Below are positions 1-7,260 of a stretch of DNA of 26,305 nt, piece by piece. A program made the position numbers and the translations under genes. Numbering within the stretch: the stretch's first letter is position 1; the number at the start of each line of letters is the position of its first letter. The DNA is from Candidatus Subterrananammoxibius californiae (GTDB taxonomy: Bacteria; Planctomycetota; Brocadiia; Brocadiales; Subterrananammoxibiaceae), in assembly GCA_030586555.1 (NCBI GenBank), contig JAURAC010000030.1, positions 1-26,305 on the forward strand, written 5' to 3'. The notes under the pieces are model-generated. The model searched no databases. It had not been told where the DNA came from and saw only the letters and a program-made list of their open reading frames with translations.

Positions 1-477
1 CCTATCGAGGTCAAAGGCATGTAGTGGCTGACCGCATTCCATAAGTATATAGTTTGTAATGTCAACTACGTTGTTTATGGGTCGAACCCCTATTGTATGC
101 AGTCGTTTCTGAAGCCAGTCCGGCGATGGTCCTACATTAACACCAGTAATTATGCGAGCTGTGTAGTGTGGGCATAAGGTTCTATCTTTCACTAAAACCT
201 GTGCCATTTCCTCAACTGAACCTTCTCCGCTGGTGTATTTAATGTCTGGCAAACGCAGGGTAACTCCAGTAACAGCAGCAATCTCCCTTGCAATACCAAT
301 CATGCCGAGGCAGTCGGGGCGATTGGATGTCACCTCAACCTCTATCCGGTAATCATCATCATCAATTTTTTCAACGCTGGCTACCACCAGCCCGACATTT
401 GTTAATAGTTCTGTTAGGTCCTCTATTGAGAGGTTAAAATCACAATACTCTTTTAGCCAATTATAACTTGCCAGCAT
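1..477 (-). CDS. pheT: Phenylalanine--tRNA ligase beta subunit, N-terminal part (runs off window start); lacks the B2/OB-fold insertion
   Basis: Manual translation from ATG 477: MLASYNWLKEYCDFNLSIEDLTELLTNVGL...EVTSNRPDCLGMIGIAREIAA...CPHYTARII...RPINNVVDITNYILMECGQPLHAFDLDR. Lies directly downstream of pheS. Confidence 0.96.
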   Translation of the reverse strand, partial: MLASYNWLKEYCDFNLSIEDLTELLTNVGLVVASVEKIDDDDYRIEVEVTSNRPDCLGMIGIAREIAAVTGVTLRLPDIKYTSGEGSVEEMAQVLVKDRTLCPHYTARIITGVNVGPSPDWLQKRLHTIGVRPINNVVDITNYILMECGQPLHAFDLDR

Positions 478-529
478 GTGTCAGTTCCTTTACATAGTTT
501 TTTCAGGGAAGGGGAAAAAGGAAGGTAGG

Positions 530-1546
530 TTAAAATTGGGATAAGAACCTTAAGTCGTTTTCAAAAAAAAGCCTAATGTCATCAATGCCATGCTTAAGCA
601 TAGCGATTCTTTCCACACCCATGCCAAAAGCAAAGCCTGTGTACTTTTCTGAGTCATACCCAACAGCCTTAAAGACGTTAGGGTCTACCATGCCTGCGCC
701 GAGGATTTCTACCCAGCCACTGCCCTTGCAGACACTACAGCCTTTTCCCCCACAAATTGAGCAGGAGATGTCCACCTCTGCACTCGGTTCCGTAAAAGGG
801 AAGAAGGATGGTCTGAACCGCATCTTTATGTCTTTTCCAAAAAATGCCATTGCAAAGATTGTTAGGACGGACTTTAAATCGCTAAAACTTACGCCTTCGT
901 CTACCATTAGTCCTTCAATCTGGTGAAACATAGAGGAGTGCCTTGCATCAATGGTGTCTGGACGGAAGACCTTGCCAGGAGCTATAATTCGTATTGGAGG
1001 GGATTGCTTCTGCATTATGTGAATCTGGACGGTGGACGTTTGACTTCTCAAAAGCACATCGTCGTCGAGGTAAAATGTATCAAAGTCATCACGTGAGGGG
1101 TGGTCGGGTGGAATATTCAACGCTTCAAAGTTATAATATTCCGTCTCGACCTCTGGTCCGTATGCAACGGCAAATCCAAGCTTACTAAAAATCTCCTTTA
1201 TCTCATCTATAGTTTGTACTATAGGGTGTTTGTGTCCATAGGGTGGACGAATGCCAGGTAGAGAAATATCAAAGAATTCTTCCTCAAAGGATTCCGTCTT
1301 AACAGCGCTCAGTTGCTGGATTGCTTCACTAAAACTTTGTTGAAGCTCGTTTTTTACTTTATTGGCTAACTGTCCAAACGAAGCCCTTTGGTCAAGTGGC
1401 AAGGTAGGAATTTTACCTATTAGCTCATTAACAAGCCCCTTTCGTCCAAGATACTTTACCCTTATCTGCTCTGCTTTCTCGACCGATTGTGCCTTTTTGA
1501 GGTCTTCCGTTGCTTGATGTTGTATTTCAATGAGCTTTGCTTGCAT
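530..1546 (-). CDS. pheS: Phenylalanine--tRNA ligase alpha subunit
   Basis: Motifs YYNFEALNIPPDHPSR, FHQIEGL, RFRPSFFPFTEPSAE, GFAFGMGVER, plus a CxxC-x4-CxxC insert. Confidence 0.99.
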   Translation of the reverse strand: MQAKLIEIQHQATEDLKKAQSVEKAEQIRVKYLGRKGLVNELIGKIPTLPLDQRASFGQLANKVKNELQQSFSEAIQQLSAVKTESFEEEFFDISLPGIRPPYGHKHPIVQTIDEIKEIFSKLGFAVAYGPEVETEYYNFEALNIPPDHPSRDDFDTFYLDDDVLLRSQTSTVQIHIMQKQSPPIRIIAPGKVFRPDTIDARHSSMFHQIEGLMVDEGVSFSDLKSVLTIFAMAFFGKDIKMRFRPSFFPFTEPSAEVDISCSICGGKGCSVCKGSGWVEILGAGMVDPNVFKAVGYDSEKYTGFAFGMGVERIAMLKHGIDDIRLFFENDLRFLSQF

Positions 1547-1566
1547 GTTGCATTTATAATAAGGTG

Positions 1567-1917
1567 TTATATGTTCTGTTTCGCCAATTCCACAATCTTA
1601 TCAAAGCCTGCAGGGTCATTAATAGCCAAATCAGCCAGCATCTTGCGGTTTATTTCAATTTTTGATTTGATTAGACCACTCATAAACCGACTGTACGACA
1701 GCCCACGCTGTCTTACTGCTGCGCTTATACGGACTATCCAGAGTCTCCTGAAGTCCCTTTTTCTGCATTTACGGTCACGAAATGAATAGACCCGAGCACG
1801 CACGAGGGTTTCTCTTGCCTTGCGAATCAGTTTGCTTCTTGCGCCCCAATAGCCTTTTACATCCTTAAGCAGCCTTTTGTGTTTTCTTTTTCTTACAGCG
1901 CCGACTGTTGCTCTCAT
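1567..1917 (-). CDS. rplT: 50S ribosomal protein L20
   Basis: KGYWGARSK, RDRKCRKRDFRRLWIVRISAA, INRKMLADLA; infC-rpmI-rplT synteny. Confidence 0.98.
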   Translation of the reverse strand: MRATVGAVRKRKHKRLLKDVKGYWGARSKLIRKARETLVRARVYSFRDRKCRKRDFRRLWIVRISAAVRQRGLSYSRFMSGLIKSKIEINRKMLADLAINDPAGFDKIVELAKQNI

Positions 1918-1948
1918 TTTTTTATTCTCTTTCTATAAAACAAACCTA

Positions 1949-2149
1949 TTAAAAATTTCCTCCAAGGAGATATTTATAAACCTTTGCCTTTGGACCTGTT
2001 ATAAAAGCCTTTTTTCTAAGATGCCTGCATCGTTTTCCAGATTTACCAGACATCAGATGGCCACCAAAAGCTTTCTCTCTTTTGAGTTTACCACCAGCCG
2101 TAACCTTTACTCTTTTCTTAATCCCCTTATGGGTTTTTAACTTTGGCAT
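1949..2149 (-). CDS. rpmI: 50S ribosomal protein L35 (start moved to ATG 2149, MPKLKTHKG)
   Basis: MPKLKTHKGIKKRVKVTAGGK N-terminus; SD GGAGGT just upstream of ATG 2149; synteny. Confidence 0.95.
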   Translation of the reverse strand: MPKLKTHKGIKKRVKVTAGGKLKREKAFGGHLMSGKSGKRCRHLRKKAFITGPKAKVYKYLLGGNF

Positions 2150-2282
2150 TAAACGCACCTCCACGCACTTTTTTTAAAAAAACTAAATAAAAATATACAA
2201 ATAAAAAATTTAAAACTAAAATTACAGGATTTTAATTTTATATCTTTTATTTAGAATTTTCTATTGAATCGCTTCTTTTCGG

Positions 2283-2783
2283 TTATGTTTTTGGGGTAAA
2301 AATCAAGCCCATACGTTTACCATCGGGGGTAATATCTTTTTCCACCTTTGCAATATCTTCGAGAGACTCTGAGAAATGATTTAAAATTTCTTTTGCAAGG
2401 TCTGGATGTGCTTTCTCACGACCCCTGAAAAGCATATTTACAAGAACGCGGTCCTTTTTTTCTATGAATTTCCTCGCCTGCTTAATCTTAGTTTCTAAGT
2501 CATGCTCATCCGTCTTGGGCCTGATACGCAGTTCTTTCAACTGTACCGTGTGATGTTTCTGATGGCTTTTTTTCTTTTGTTTATACTTATATTTACCGTA
2601 GTTCATTATACGGCAAACTGGTGGGTCGTTATTAGGGGCAACCTCTACAAGGTCTAATTCTGCACTTTTAGCCCTTGAGAGGGCTTCTTCCCTGCTAATG
2701 ACTCCAACCTGCACACCGTTCTCGTCTATTAGCCTTACCATCTTCGCATGCACACGTTCGTTTATCCTAAGTTCATGGGTAAT
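2283..2783 (-). CDS. infC: Translation initiation factor IF-3 (probable ATT start at 2783; the ORF-track ATG is at 2789)
   Basis: RINERV, LDLVEVAP..PPVCRIMNYGKYKY, LFRGRE. SD AAGGAGGTG ends 1 nt before ATG 2789 but 7 nt before the in-frame ATT 2783. Confidence 0.96.
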   Translation of the reverse strand: MTHELRINERVHAKMVRLIDENGVQVGVISREEALSRAKSAELDLVEVAPNNDPPVCRIMNYGKYKYKQKKKSHQKHHTVQLKELRIRPKTDEHDLETKIKQARKFIEKKDRVLVNMLFRGREKAHPDLAKEILNHFSESLEDIAKVEKDITPDGKRMGLIFTPKT

Positions 2784-2838
2784 AGGCATACACCTCCTTC
2801 TTAATTTAAAATTTAGGCATTCAATTCTGAAATTTGCT

Positions 2839-4632
2839 TTACTCTTTAGCAGCGATTTCTTGCTTTATTCGTTCCAAAAAATGTTCTAACGAATAAGAGC
2901 CTTCGTCCCCCTTCTTCCTGCTCCGTACAGAAACGGTTCCTTCTTTTACTTCTTTATCCCCTACTATAAGGATATAAGGAATCTTTTCAATGATACCTTC
3001 TCTTACCTTATATCCTATTTTAGCATTTATTGTGTTACAGTCAACCCTTAATCCATCATTTTCCAATCTTTGTTTTACACCCAGGGCATACTCGGCATGG
3101 TTATCTGTAACAGGAATAACCCGAATCTGCAAAGGCGCAAGCCAGAGCGGAAAGCTGCCCGTGTAATGCTCTATAAGACACCCGAGAAAGCGTTCCATGG
3201 CTCCTAATACGGTGCGATGTATCATAACTACCCTGTGCTCTTTGCCATCACTTCCAATGAAATTGGCATCGAAACGCTCCGGGAGGTTGAAATCAACCTG
3301 AATGGTAGGACCTTGCCACCCACGCCCAAGGGCATCCTTTACCTTAATGTCTATTGCGGGACCGTAAAATTTCGCCTCCCCTTCACCAAGTGTATAACTA
3401 AGATGCTTTCTTTCAAGGGCTTGCTGAAGGGCGCCTTCTGCCAGTTCCCACGTTGCATCGCCGCCAATGTATTTCTCTTTCTCTCCCTTTCCACGAACGC
3501 TTAATTCTATCTCGTACTCCTTAAAACCAAAAGAAGTGAGCATAAACTGTGCCAAATCTATAACACTGATGACCTCGCTCTCGAACTGGTCTGGGGTGCA
3601 AAAGATATGAGCATCATCCTGTGTGAAGCCACGAACCCGCAATAAGCCATGCAAAACACCCGTGCGTTCATATCTGTACACAGTGCCCAGTTCTGCCCAC
3701 CTGAAAGGAAGGTCTCGATAACTGCGTAATTGTGATTTGTACATCAATATTGCAAACGGGCAATTCATGGGCTTAAGGAGATACTCCTGCCCCTCTATAT
3801 CGAGTGGTGAAAACATGCTTTCACGATAAAAATTCCAGTGTCCGCTTGTCTTCCAGAGGTCTAATTTTGCGATATGGGGTGTGTAAACGACCTCATAACC
3901 CCGTTTATAATGTTCCTTGCGCCAGAAATCTTCTATAATAGTGCGTATTCTGCCAGCCTTTGGATGCCACAGAACCAGTCCTGCACCGCATTCCTCTTGA
4001 AAACTGAAGAGGTCGAGGTCTTTGCCAAGTTTCCTATGGTCCCGCTTCTTTGCTTCCTCTAATAATTTAAGATAATTTTCAAGGGCGTCTTTTTGGGTAA
4101 AGGCAGTGCCGTAGATACGCTGGAGCATGGGGTTGGTTTCTTTCCCACGCCAATAGGCGCCGGCAACGCTTAAGAGTTTAAAGGCTTTAACCTTGCCTGT
4201 GCGCTGGATGTGAGGTCCTCGACACAAATCCATAAAATCGCCCTGTGTATAGAAGCTTACCTTTTCATCATCAATATCTTTAATCAGCTCCACCTTGTAT
4301 GGTTGACCAAGCACCTCCATCTTCTTTAATGCTTCATCCTTTGGAATTTCAGCCCGAACAAATGGTTCATTGCTGCCAATAATGTGCTTCATTTCAGACT
4401 CAATCTTTTTGAGGTCTTCGTGCGAGAGGGTCTGGTCTAAATCAAAATCATAATAAAACCCATTTTCAATACACGGTCCTATACCCAATTTCACATTGGG
4501 ATAAAGATGTGTTACAGCCTGAGCCATTATATGGGCTGTACTATGACGGAGGGTTTCAAGGTCTTCTTCGGTATCTTCCATAATTACCGATACAGGTTTA
4601 TCTTCAGTTATAGGTGGTTTAACGGTTACCAT
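2839..4632 (-). CDS. thrS: Threonine--tRNA ligase (short form without a full N-terminal TGS domain)
   Basis: LRHSTAHIMAQAV, DLCRGPH, RDHRKLG, KPMNCP, RVRGFTQDDAH, IHRTVLGAMERF. Confidence 0.99.
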   Translation of the reverse strand: MVTVKPPITEDKPVSVIMEDTEEDLETLRHSTAHIMAQAVTHLYPNVKLGIGPCIENGFYYDFDLDQTLSHEDLKKIESEMKHIIGSNEPFVRAEIPKDEALKKMEVLGQPYKVELIKDIDDEKVSFYTQGDFMDLCRGPHIQRTGKVKAFKLLSVAGAYWRGKETNPMLQRIYGTAFTQKDALENYLKLLEEAKKRDHRKLGKDLDLFSFQEECGAGLVLWHPKAGRIRTIIEDFWRKEHYKRGYEVVYTPHIAKLDLWKTSGHWNFYRESMFSPLDIEGQEYLLKPMNCPFAILMYKSQLRSYRDLPFRWAELGTVYRYERTGVLHGLLRVRGFTQDDAHIFCTPDQFESEVISVIDLAQFMLTSFGFKEYEIELSVRGKGEKEKYIGGDATWELAEGALQQALERKHLSYTLGEGEAKFYGPAIDIKVKDALGRGWQGPTIQVDFNLPERFDANFIGSDGKEHRVVMIHRTVLGAMERFLGCLIEHYTGSFPLWLAPLQIRVIPVTDNHAEYALGVKQRLENDGLRVDCNTINAKIGYKVREGIIEKIPYILIVGDKEVKEGTVSVRSRKKGDEGSYSLEHFLERIKQEIAAKE

Positions 4633-4641
4633 ATTAAAAAC

Positions 4642-4732
4642 AGTGTCGAGTGCCGAGTGATAAGGTGATAGTCAAGGTATATTTTTTAAATTCCTTTTTT
4701 CACTCGTCACTAACACCTCGTCACTTATCACT
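4642..4732. repeat. Inverted heptamer tandem-repeat hairpin (AGTGnnn / nnnCACT units) between tRNA-Val and thrS
   Basis: agtgtcg agtgccg agtgata ... cactcgt cactaac acctcgt cacttat cact. Confidence 0.75.
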
Positions 4733-4743
4733 TTAAAGGTAAG

Positions 4744-4820
4744 TGGTGGGCAATACTGGATTCGAACCAGTGACCTCTTGCGTGTCGAGCAAGCGCTCTA
4801 ACCAACTGAGCTAATCGCCC
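4744..4820 (-). tRNA. tRNA-Val(GAC), CCA encoded
   Basis: Reverse complement GGGCGATTAGCTCAGTTGGTTAGAGCGCTTGCTCGACACGCAAGAGGTCACTGGTTCGAATCCAGTATTGCCCACCA folds as a cloverleaf; anticodon loop TC-GAC-AC. Confidence 0.98.
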
Positions 4821-4854
4821 ACAACATAATTATTTAAACATAAATAAATAGCAC

Positions 4855-4875
4855 GGGCAGGTTTAAAACCTGCCC
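4855..4875. repeat. REP-like palindrome in the tRNA leader
   Basis: gggcaggttt-a-aaacctgccc, a perfect 10-bp inverted repeat. Confidence 0.65.
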
Positions 4876-4894
4876 CTTCACATATATTATTTTA

Positions 4895-4923
4895 ATATTA
4901 GCATACAGGTATAATGCTGTCAA
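4895..4923 (-). promoter_or_regulatory. Sigma70-type promoter for tRNA-Val and probably the thrS-infC-rpmI-rplT-pheST run
   Basis: TTGACA (4923-4918), 17-bp spacer, TAATAT (4900-4895) preceded by TGn (extended -10). Confidence 0.8.
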
Positions 4924-4972
4924 GGGAAAAGCACATATAGGGTTCCTTTGGTAAAGTTCAGGATAAGTCTTG

Positions 4973-5389
4973 TCATATACGTGAGACTTCTGTTGCAAGA
5001 AGGTCTTTTAATTCCCCGGGAAGTACCACTGGTTTGCGGGTTTTGTCAAGGCAGGCAAGCACGCTGAAACCTTCTGCGATTTGACGGGCTTCATCACCAT
5101 CCTTCACAATTTCATAGCGAAACTCAATTCGTGTAGGTTTAAGTTCTGCTACCCACGTTCTGACTATGAGTACGTCGTCATACCTTGCGGATGCCCTGTA
5201 TTTGCAATAGACCTCGGTAACCACAAGATAGGTTTGTTCTTTTTCTAATTCGCTATAAACCAATCCAAGACTGCGCAGGTATTCTATCCTTCCCATCTCG
5301 AAATAATTAAAATAATTTGAATGGTGCACTACGCCCATCTGGTCTGTTTCTGAGTACCGCACACGCACCTTGAGTTCATGGCATTTCAT
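4973..5389 (-). CDS. YbgC/FadM-family acyl-CoA thioesterase (hotdog fold)
   Basis: VRVRYSETDQMGVVHHSNYFNYFEMGR signature. Confidence 0.92.
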   Translation of the reverse strand: MKCHELKVRVRYSETDQMGVVHHSNYFNYFEMGRIEYLRSLGLVYSELEKEQTYLVVTEVYCKYRASARYDDVLIVRTWVAELKPTRIEFRYEIVKDGDEARQIAEGFSVLACLDKTRKPVVLPGELKDLLATEVSRI

Positions 5390-5409
5390 GAAAAACTCCT
5401 GATAACAAT

Positions 5410-5436
5410 GTAGGGGCGGGGTTACCCCTCCCCTAC
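5410..5436. repeat. GTAG-type REP-like palindrome overlapping the ruvX stop codon
   Basis: gtaggggcggggttacccctcccctac: GTAG...CTAC ends with a GC-rich stem. Confidence 0.75.
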
Positions 5437-5846
5437 TTGTTTTTCCTATCGAGGTAGCTTTGCAGGATTAATTGTGCCGCAATCATATCTACCCGTTTGC
5501 CTCTCTTTTTCCTGGATAGGTCTCCTTCCAGCATACTTCTATGCGCCCTTACGGTGCTCAGCCTTTCATCAACAGTGTGGACAGGTAGTGAGAATCTTGA
5601 TTTCAGAAACTCAACAAATTTAAGTACCTCTTCCGCCTTTTTACCGAGTGTGCCGTTCATATTTTTGGGAAGACCAATTACTATCTCGTTTACGACCTTT
5701 TCATTAATTATTTCTGATAATTTTAACATATCAGATTTTTCATCCTGACGTATGAGTGTGGGGAGACCTTGTGCCGTCAGTCCGAGCGGGTCGCTAACTG
5801 CCAGACCGAGCCTCTTTTCACCGTAATCTATACATAAAATACGCAT
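5433..5846 (-). CDS. ruvX: RuvX/YqgF putative pre-16S rRNA nuclease
   Basis: MRILCIDYGEKRLGLAVSD, IVIGLPKNMNG, VDERLST, VDMIAAQLILQSYL. Confidence 0.96.
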   Translation of the reverse strand: MRILCIDYGEKRLGLAVSDPLGLTAQGLPTLIRQDEKSDMLKLSEIINEKVVNEIVIGLPKNMNGTLGKKAEEVLKFVEFLKSRFSLPVHTVDERLSTVRAHRSMLEGDLSRKKRGKRVDMIAAQLILQSYLDRKNK

Positions 5847-5858
5847 ATCTTTACGACA

Positions 5859-5911
5859 GGTTATAGATCATGGGTTTTGGATTTTTGTCCTATTACCCAT
5901 AACCTATGACC
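5859..5911. repeat. Inverted heptamer repeat hairpin overlapping the 3' end of the HAD/kinase gene
   Basis: On - strand: ggtcata ggttatg ggtaata ggac ... caaaacc catgatc tataacc. Confidence 0.55.
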
Positions 5912-7176
5912 ATCAGCGTCATCCCTGTGCCTATAGGAATGGTCAAATTGTCATCAACTATATTTTTCAAGGGAAGCGACTCAATCAGGCTGGCTGTAAT
6001 ACCTGCTACTAAAGCAGGTATAAAGGGCAAGAACGTGTAGGCACAAAGAAACCCAACAATAAGAGCCCCGCAAGACCCCTCAATACTTTTATTGACATTG
6101 TACGGGATTCTATGTTTTCCAAAGGCTTTTCCTACTAAGGTGGCGACTGTATCTGCAAAGGCTTCGATTAATATAACGGCAGAGGCTACGTGTATGGGAA
6201 ATATCAAAAGAGAAAGTACTGCACCAAGCAGAAGTGCAACAGGTGCATATAAAAAGCGCTTCTTTTCACTACTACGAATACATGCTTCTGTAATATTAAA
6301 GATAACAGGGAATGCTATGCCATTGAGCCTCATAATTTCTGACACCGTATAAACAAGCGTTCCCGTTAATAGTACAAATACAACAGGTATTACAGGTATA
6401 AATGCTACAGTTATTCCAAGTGGAATCATTGCTGAAAAGGCGTGAACTAATTTTCGTAGAATTTCATGCCTCCACGAAAGGGCTTTATCACGTGTCAATA
6501 TAGATACAATAGTAGTGTAAGTGGGCTTATCCTCAATATCTATAAAGTTGAGAATCTCATTAAGGTCTCCGCTGTCAATTAAGTACTTTGACTTTCGTCT
6601 GACGGGATAGTCGGCATTAACGCCTATCCCCACCCCTGCCCTATCCATTATTTCGAGATTATTGCGGTCATCGGCTACCACAATAACGTTACTCCAGTTT
6701 ATGTTAATTTTAGCCAAAAGACCTTCCAGTAGTGTAATCTTTCCTGTAGGATGCGAGAGTGGGCCACCCACGTCGCCTGTCAGGTTGGCGTTGTTTACGC
6801 CTGCTTCGATTCCAAAACCATAATTTGCATCGAGTCTTTTAGAAAGGTCGTGTATCAGAAAATCAGGTACGCCACTGCTTATAAGGGCAACTTCATGCCC
6901 TCTGGAGCGGATGTTAGAAACGGCATCCTGAGCGTTTCTGATAAGCGCCATTTTCTTATAAACTAACCATGCTTTTTCAAGAGGCACACCCTTGAATGTC
7001 TTGTAAGTTTCGCCAAGCAGACGTTCAATGGAAATCTTGCCGATGTCGAAAAGGAAGCACAAGAAGATGGTGCGCAGGTAGGAAAAGAAACCGATACTCC
7101 TCGAAAGGCGCAGTATGAACAAACTTTTGAAAATCACCCCGTCAACGTCAAAGACTATTAGTTTTTTATTTTGCAT
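5893..7176 (-). CDS. Fusion of an N-terminal HAD-family (SerB-like) phosphatase and a C-terminal membrane CTP-dependent dolichol/phytol/diacylglycerol kinase-family domain (start moved to ATG 7176)
   Basis: LIVFDVDG, LISSG, VVADDRNNL (HAD motifs); HEILRKLVH, ADTVATLVGKAFG, KSIEGS, DDNLTIP plus many hydrophobic segments. The upstream ORF extension is only the translated heptamer repeat. Confidence 0.8.
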   Translation of the reverse strand: MQNKKLIVFDVDGVIFKSLFILRLSRSIGFFSYLRTIFLCFLFDIGKISIERLLGETYKTFKGVPLEKAWLVYKKMALIRNAQDAVSNIRSRGHEVALISSGVPDFLIHDLSKRLDANYGFGIEAGVNNANLTGDVGGPLSHPTGKITLLEGLLAKININWSNVIVVADDRNNLEIMDRAGVGIGVNADYPVRRKSKYLIDSGDLNEILNFIDIEDKPTYTTIVSILTRDKALSWRHEILRKLVHAFSAMIPLGITVAFIPVIPVVFVLLTGTLVYTVSEIMRLNGIAFPVIFNITEACIRSSEKKRFLYAPVALLLGAVLSLLIFPIHVASAVILIEAFADTVATLVGKAFGKHRIPYNVNKSIEGSCGALIVGFLCAYTFLPFIPALVAGITASLIESLPLKNIVDDNLTIPIGTGMTLMVIGYG

Positions 7177-7190
7177 CTGTCTTACACATA

Positions 7191-7260
7191 AGACGTAAGA
7201 AGTAAGACGTGAGACGATAAAAGATTTTTCACGTCTCACGTTTCACATCTTACTTCTCAC
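7191..7260. repeat. Inverted heptamer repeat hairpin (GTGAGAC / CGTCTCA units) overlapping the propeller gene stop
   Basis: agacgtaagaagtaagacgtgagacg ... tcacgtc tcacgtt tcacatc ttacttc tcac. Confidence 0.8.

Noticed and set aside
4642..4760. Integrated island at the tRNA-Val 3' end
   Set aside because: No integrase and no duplicated tRNA 3' end noticed; thrS follows directly.
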